Positions 62,286-64,000 of a stretch of 64,000 nucleotides of DNA are shown one piece after another. The notes beneath the pieces were generated by a model that saw nothing but the letters and a program-made list of their open reading frames with translations, did no database searches and was not told the DNA's origin. The stretch spans positions 10,292,001 to 10,356,000 of the forward strand of contig OZ231126.1 in assembly GCA_965153355.1 (NCBI GenBank), read 5' to 3'. The translations under genes and the position numbers were made by a program. Numbering within the stretch: position 1 is the first letter of the stretch; the number at the start of each line of letters is the position of its first letter. The stretch is from Flaccisagitta enflata. Taxonomy: Eukaryota.

Positions 62286-63047
62286 CTAGTCAAAAATCGA
62301 TTTTATACGCGAAGATTTGGTCCCACGCGCACGTCCCTTCGTCGTAGACTTCTTGCGTATAACAGCCCCTCCTCCCTTTCCTCCACGCTTAACTTTCCTC
62401 CCGCCACTTTTACTTTTTATCGGGCGTTTTCGGGCCCCTCGTCGAACCCCACGCTGCGCCCCCCCTTTTCCTCCGCGTCGCGTTACGCGTCGAGCACCGC
62501 GTCGCGTTACGCGTCGAGCACCTCGGCGCACGACGCGTCGAACCCCACCCCGTGTTCGTTTACGAGCCCCCCGCTTGCCACCCACTCGCTTATGTCGCCG
62601 TCGCCCGCGTCGAGATTTTGTTAACGCGGATAAACGTCTTTTGTTTTCCGGGTTGAGGTTTTCGACGATGTCGTTGGGTAGCGTGTTAGATTTTCCTCCT
62701 CTTCTTCTTCCTCCTCCTTTTCCTCCTCGTCGCCCGCGACCTCCAACGACGTTTTTTAACGCGTCAGCGCCTCGTTTTAGTGTTTTTTTACCGACGTCCT
62801 TCACGGATTCTCCTTGCGCCAACGAGCTAAGAGCATCAGCGCCAACGTTAAGGGCTTTTTGGCCGAATGACCGTATCCCTTTATTTATATACTTGCTCGT
62901 CAATCCGTCCGCGGCTTTTTCTAGGATCGGGCGGAAAAAACGTCCAATCGAGGCTAGGAATCCATCACCTCTTCCCCCCGCCCTACCTCCTCTGCGTCTT
63001 CTCTCAGTATCGAACAAAGAAAACGTGCGAATAGATGGTCGCTCCAT
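62286..63047 (-). CDS. PW-like virion protein with amphipathic N-terminus and Arg/Gly-rich basic tail (253 aa)
   Basis: RGDGFLASIGRFFRPILEKA..GQKALNVG..GESVK matches the pattern of the gene normally found between penton and MCP. Multiple xxGG sites; RRGARRVT repeats. Confidence 0.75.
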   Translation of the reverse strand: MERPSIRTFSLFDTERRRRGGRAGGRGDGFLASIGRFFRPILEKAADGLTSKYINKGIRSFGQKALNVGADALSSLAQGESVKDVGKKTLKRGADALKNVVGGRGRRGGKGGGRRRGGKSNTLPNDIVENLNPENKRRLSALTKSRRGRRRHKRVGGKRGARKRTRGGVRRVVRRGARRVTRRGARRVTRRGGKGGAQRGVRRGARKRPIKSKSGGRKVKRGGKGGGAVIRKKSTTKGRARGTKSSRIKSIFD

Positions 63048-63946
63048 CACGAGGGCGCTCGAATGTGAAGCGTGATGCGAGTGTAAGCGCTAAACGAAGT
63101 AATTGGTCTATCGTACAAGTCACGTATCAGTATTCGGATGTATTGAATTTCCTGAGACTTCAACGTGATGTATTGCGGCGATCCTCCGTAATTGCGCGTT
63201 ACTCTCAGTGTTCCGGGAGTGTAGGGAAAAGACACGAAACGTAACAATCCAGCTTGACCGGAGGCGATTTTTTGAGGCACACCCAAATTTGAGAGAACCA
63301 TGAACGTGTCGTTGGGCGTTAACTCTGGTGGGTACTTGAAGTAGTCCCGCGTCGTCATAGTCGAGGGCCAAATCACTTGGCAATCCTTGTGGAAGAATCT
63401 TGTCTGCCTTTTATACTCGTACTTGAGCTTCTTGGTCTTATCTTTGGAGATCCCGATGATGAGATACTGCCGACGGGTAGAGTGAGTTGTTTGCACACCA
63501 AGGAGGTCCAATAATCCAGCATGGATTTTCATGGTGATTCCACAGTCGGGTTCAAACGAGACCCAAATTCGAACCAACACTGGATCGTACGTAAATAACT
63601 TCTTTATGCGTCGCGGCATTTCCTTTTTAATCCCATCGTTTAAAAACTTAACCAAGGTATTTCCAGAAACTAATTCTTTTCTTCCAAGTACCACTTTAAC
63701 GATTTTTCCATATGTACCATCTTCATTCTCATAATACCAGTCTAAAATTTCCAAATACGCAGTATCATCGTCATTCATATGTACGGCCTTGTAGGAAATT
63801 TCTGTGAGACAGACGGACGAACCTTGGGGTGCGTATAAAGGTTCATCGAGTACATTGGTGAAGTCACTTGGGGAATTGGGGAATCCATTTAGCGAGTTAG
63901 ACAGCAGGTTGATGTAGCAACCCTGAGGTGTCAACTGAACCGGCAT
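63047..63946 (-). CDS. mCP: Minor capsid protein (penton-like, Polinton PX), 299 aa, intronless
   Basis: N-terminal YINLLSNS..FPNSPSDFTNVL..VCLTEISY and C-terminal LLRFV..YITL..IRILIRDLYDRPI..ITLHIR motifs. Confidence 0.9.
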   Translation of the reverse strand: MPVQLTPQGCYINLLSNSLNGFPNSPSDFTNVLDEPLYAPQGSSVCLTEISYKAVHMNDDDTAYLEILDWYYENEDGTYGKIVKVVLGRKELVSGNTLVKFLNDGIKKEMPRRIKKLFTYDPVLVRIWVSFEPDCGITMKIHAGLLDLLGVQTTHSTRRQYLIIGISKDKTKKLKYEYKRQTRFFHKDCQVIWPSTMTTRDYFKYPPELTPNDTFMVLSNLGVPQKIASGQAGLLRFVSFPYTPGTLRVTRNYGGSPQYITLKSQEIQYIRILIRDLYDRPITSFSAYTRITLHIRAPS

Positions 63947-64000
63947 TTTTCAAGTTGACCAGCGTCTGACTGTCAATGAATTGTTTGAACCGCGGATTAT
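63897..64000 (-). CDS. Probable C-terminal end (chromodomain tail) of the retroviral-like integrase, truncated by the window edge
   Basis: NPRFKQFIDSQTLVN resembles the GYPxxFNSWI tail, and integrase normally precedes penton. Only ~33 codons are visible. Confidence 0.4.
   Translation of the reverse strand, partial: NPRFKQFIDSQTLVNLKNAGSVDTSGLLHQPAV

Noticed and set aside
57862-63075. Plus-strand Arg/Pro-rich ORFs at 57862-58470 and 62317-63075
   Set aside because: Antisense shadows of GC-rich basic-protein genes.

Overview
Repeat-rich eukaryotic, probably invertebrate animal, genomic DNA in two parts. Positions 1-38187 are host sequence with no supportable protein gene. They hold microsatellites, minisatellites, TIR MITEs, a hAT-type element with an 8-bp TSD and many DINE-1/HINE-like elements, some carrying kilobase compound satellites. 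Positions 38188-64000 are the left 25.8 kb of a large endogenous Polinton/Maverick (adintovirus-like) element. It begins at AGTAGA inside an interrupted host tandem repeat and runs off the window. It encodes a protein-primed PolB, penton-like minor capsid, PW-like and Arg-rich core proteins, adenain protease, a tandem PC4-like protein, a C2H2 zinc-finger protein and probably the tail of an integrase. Unusual traits: (1) the major capsid gene is split by 10 spliceosomal introns, one apparently GA-AG, and carries a ~220-aa NLS/acidic insertion, while pPolB and penton are intronless; (2) the full-length pPolB has DTDS->DTNS and YGK->YKK active-site substitutions; (3) there is a cassette of three spliced mucin-like type I membrane proteins, two with ITIM-like tails and one nested antisense in an intron; (4) a long overprinted ORF pair. 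All gene models were assembled by hand from splice signals, reading phase and remembered family motifs. No search was run.
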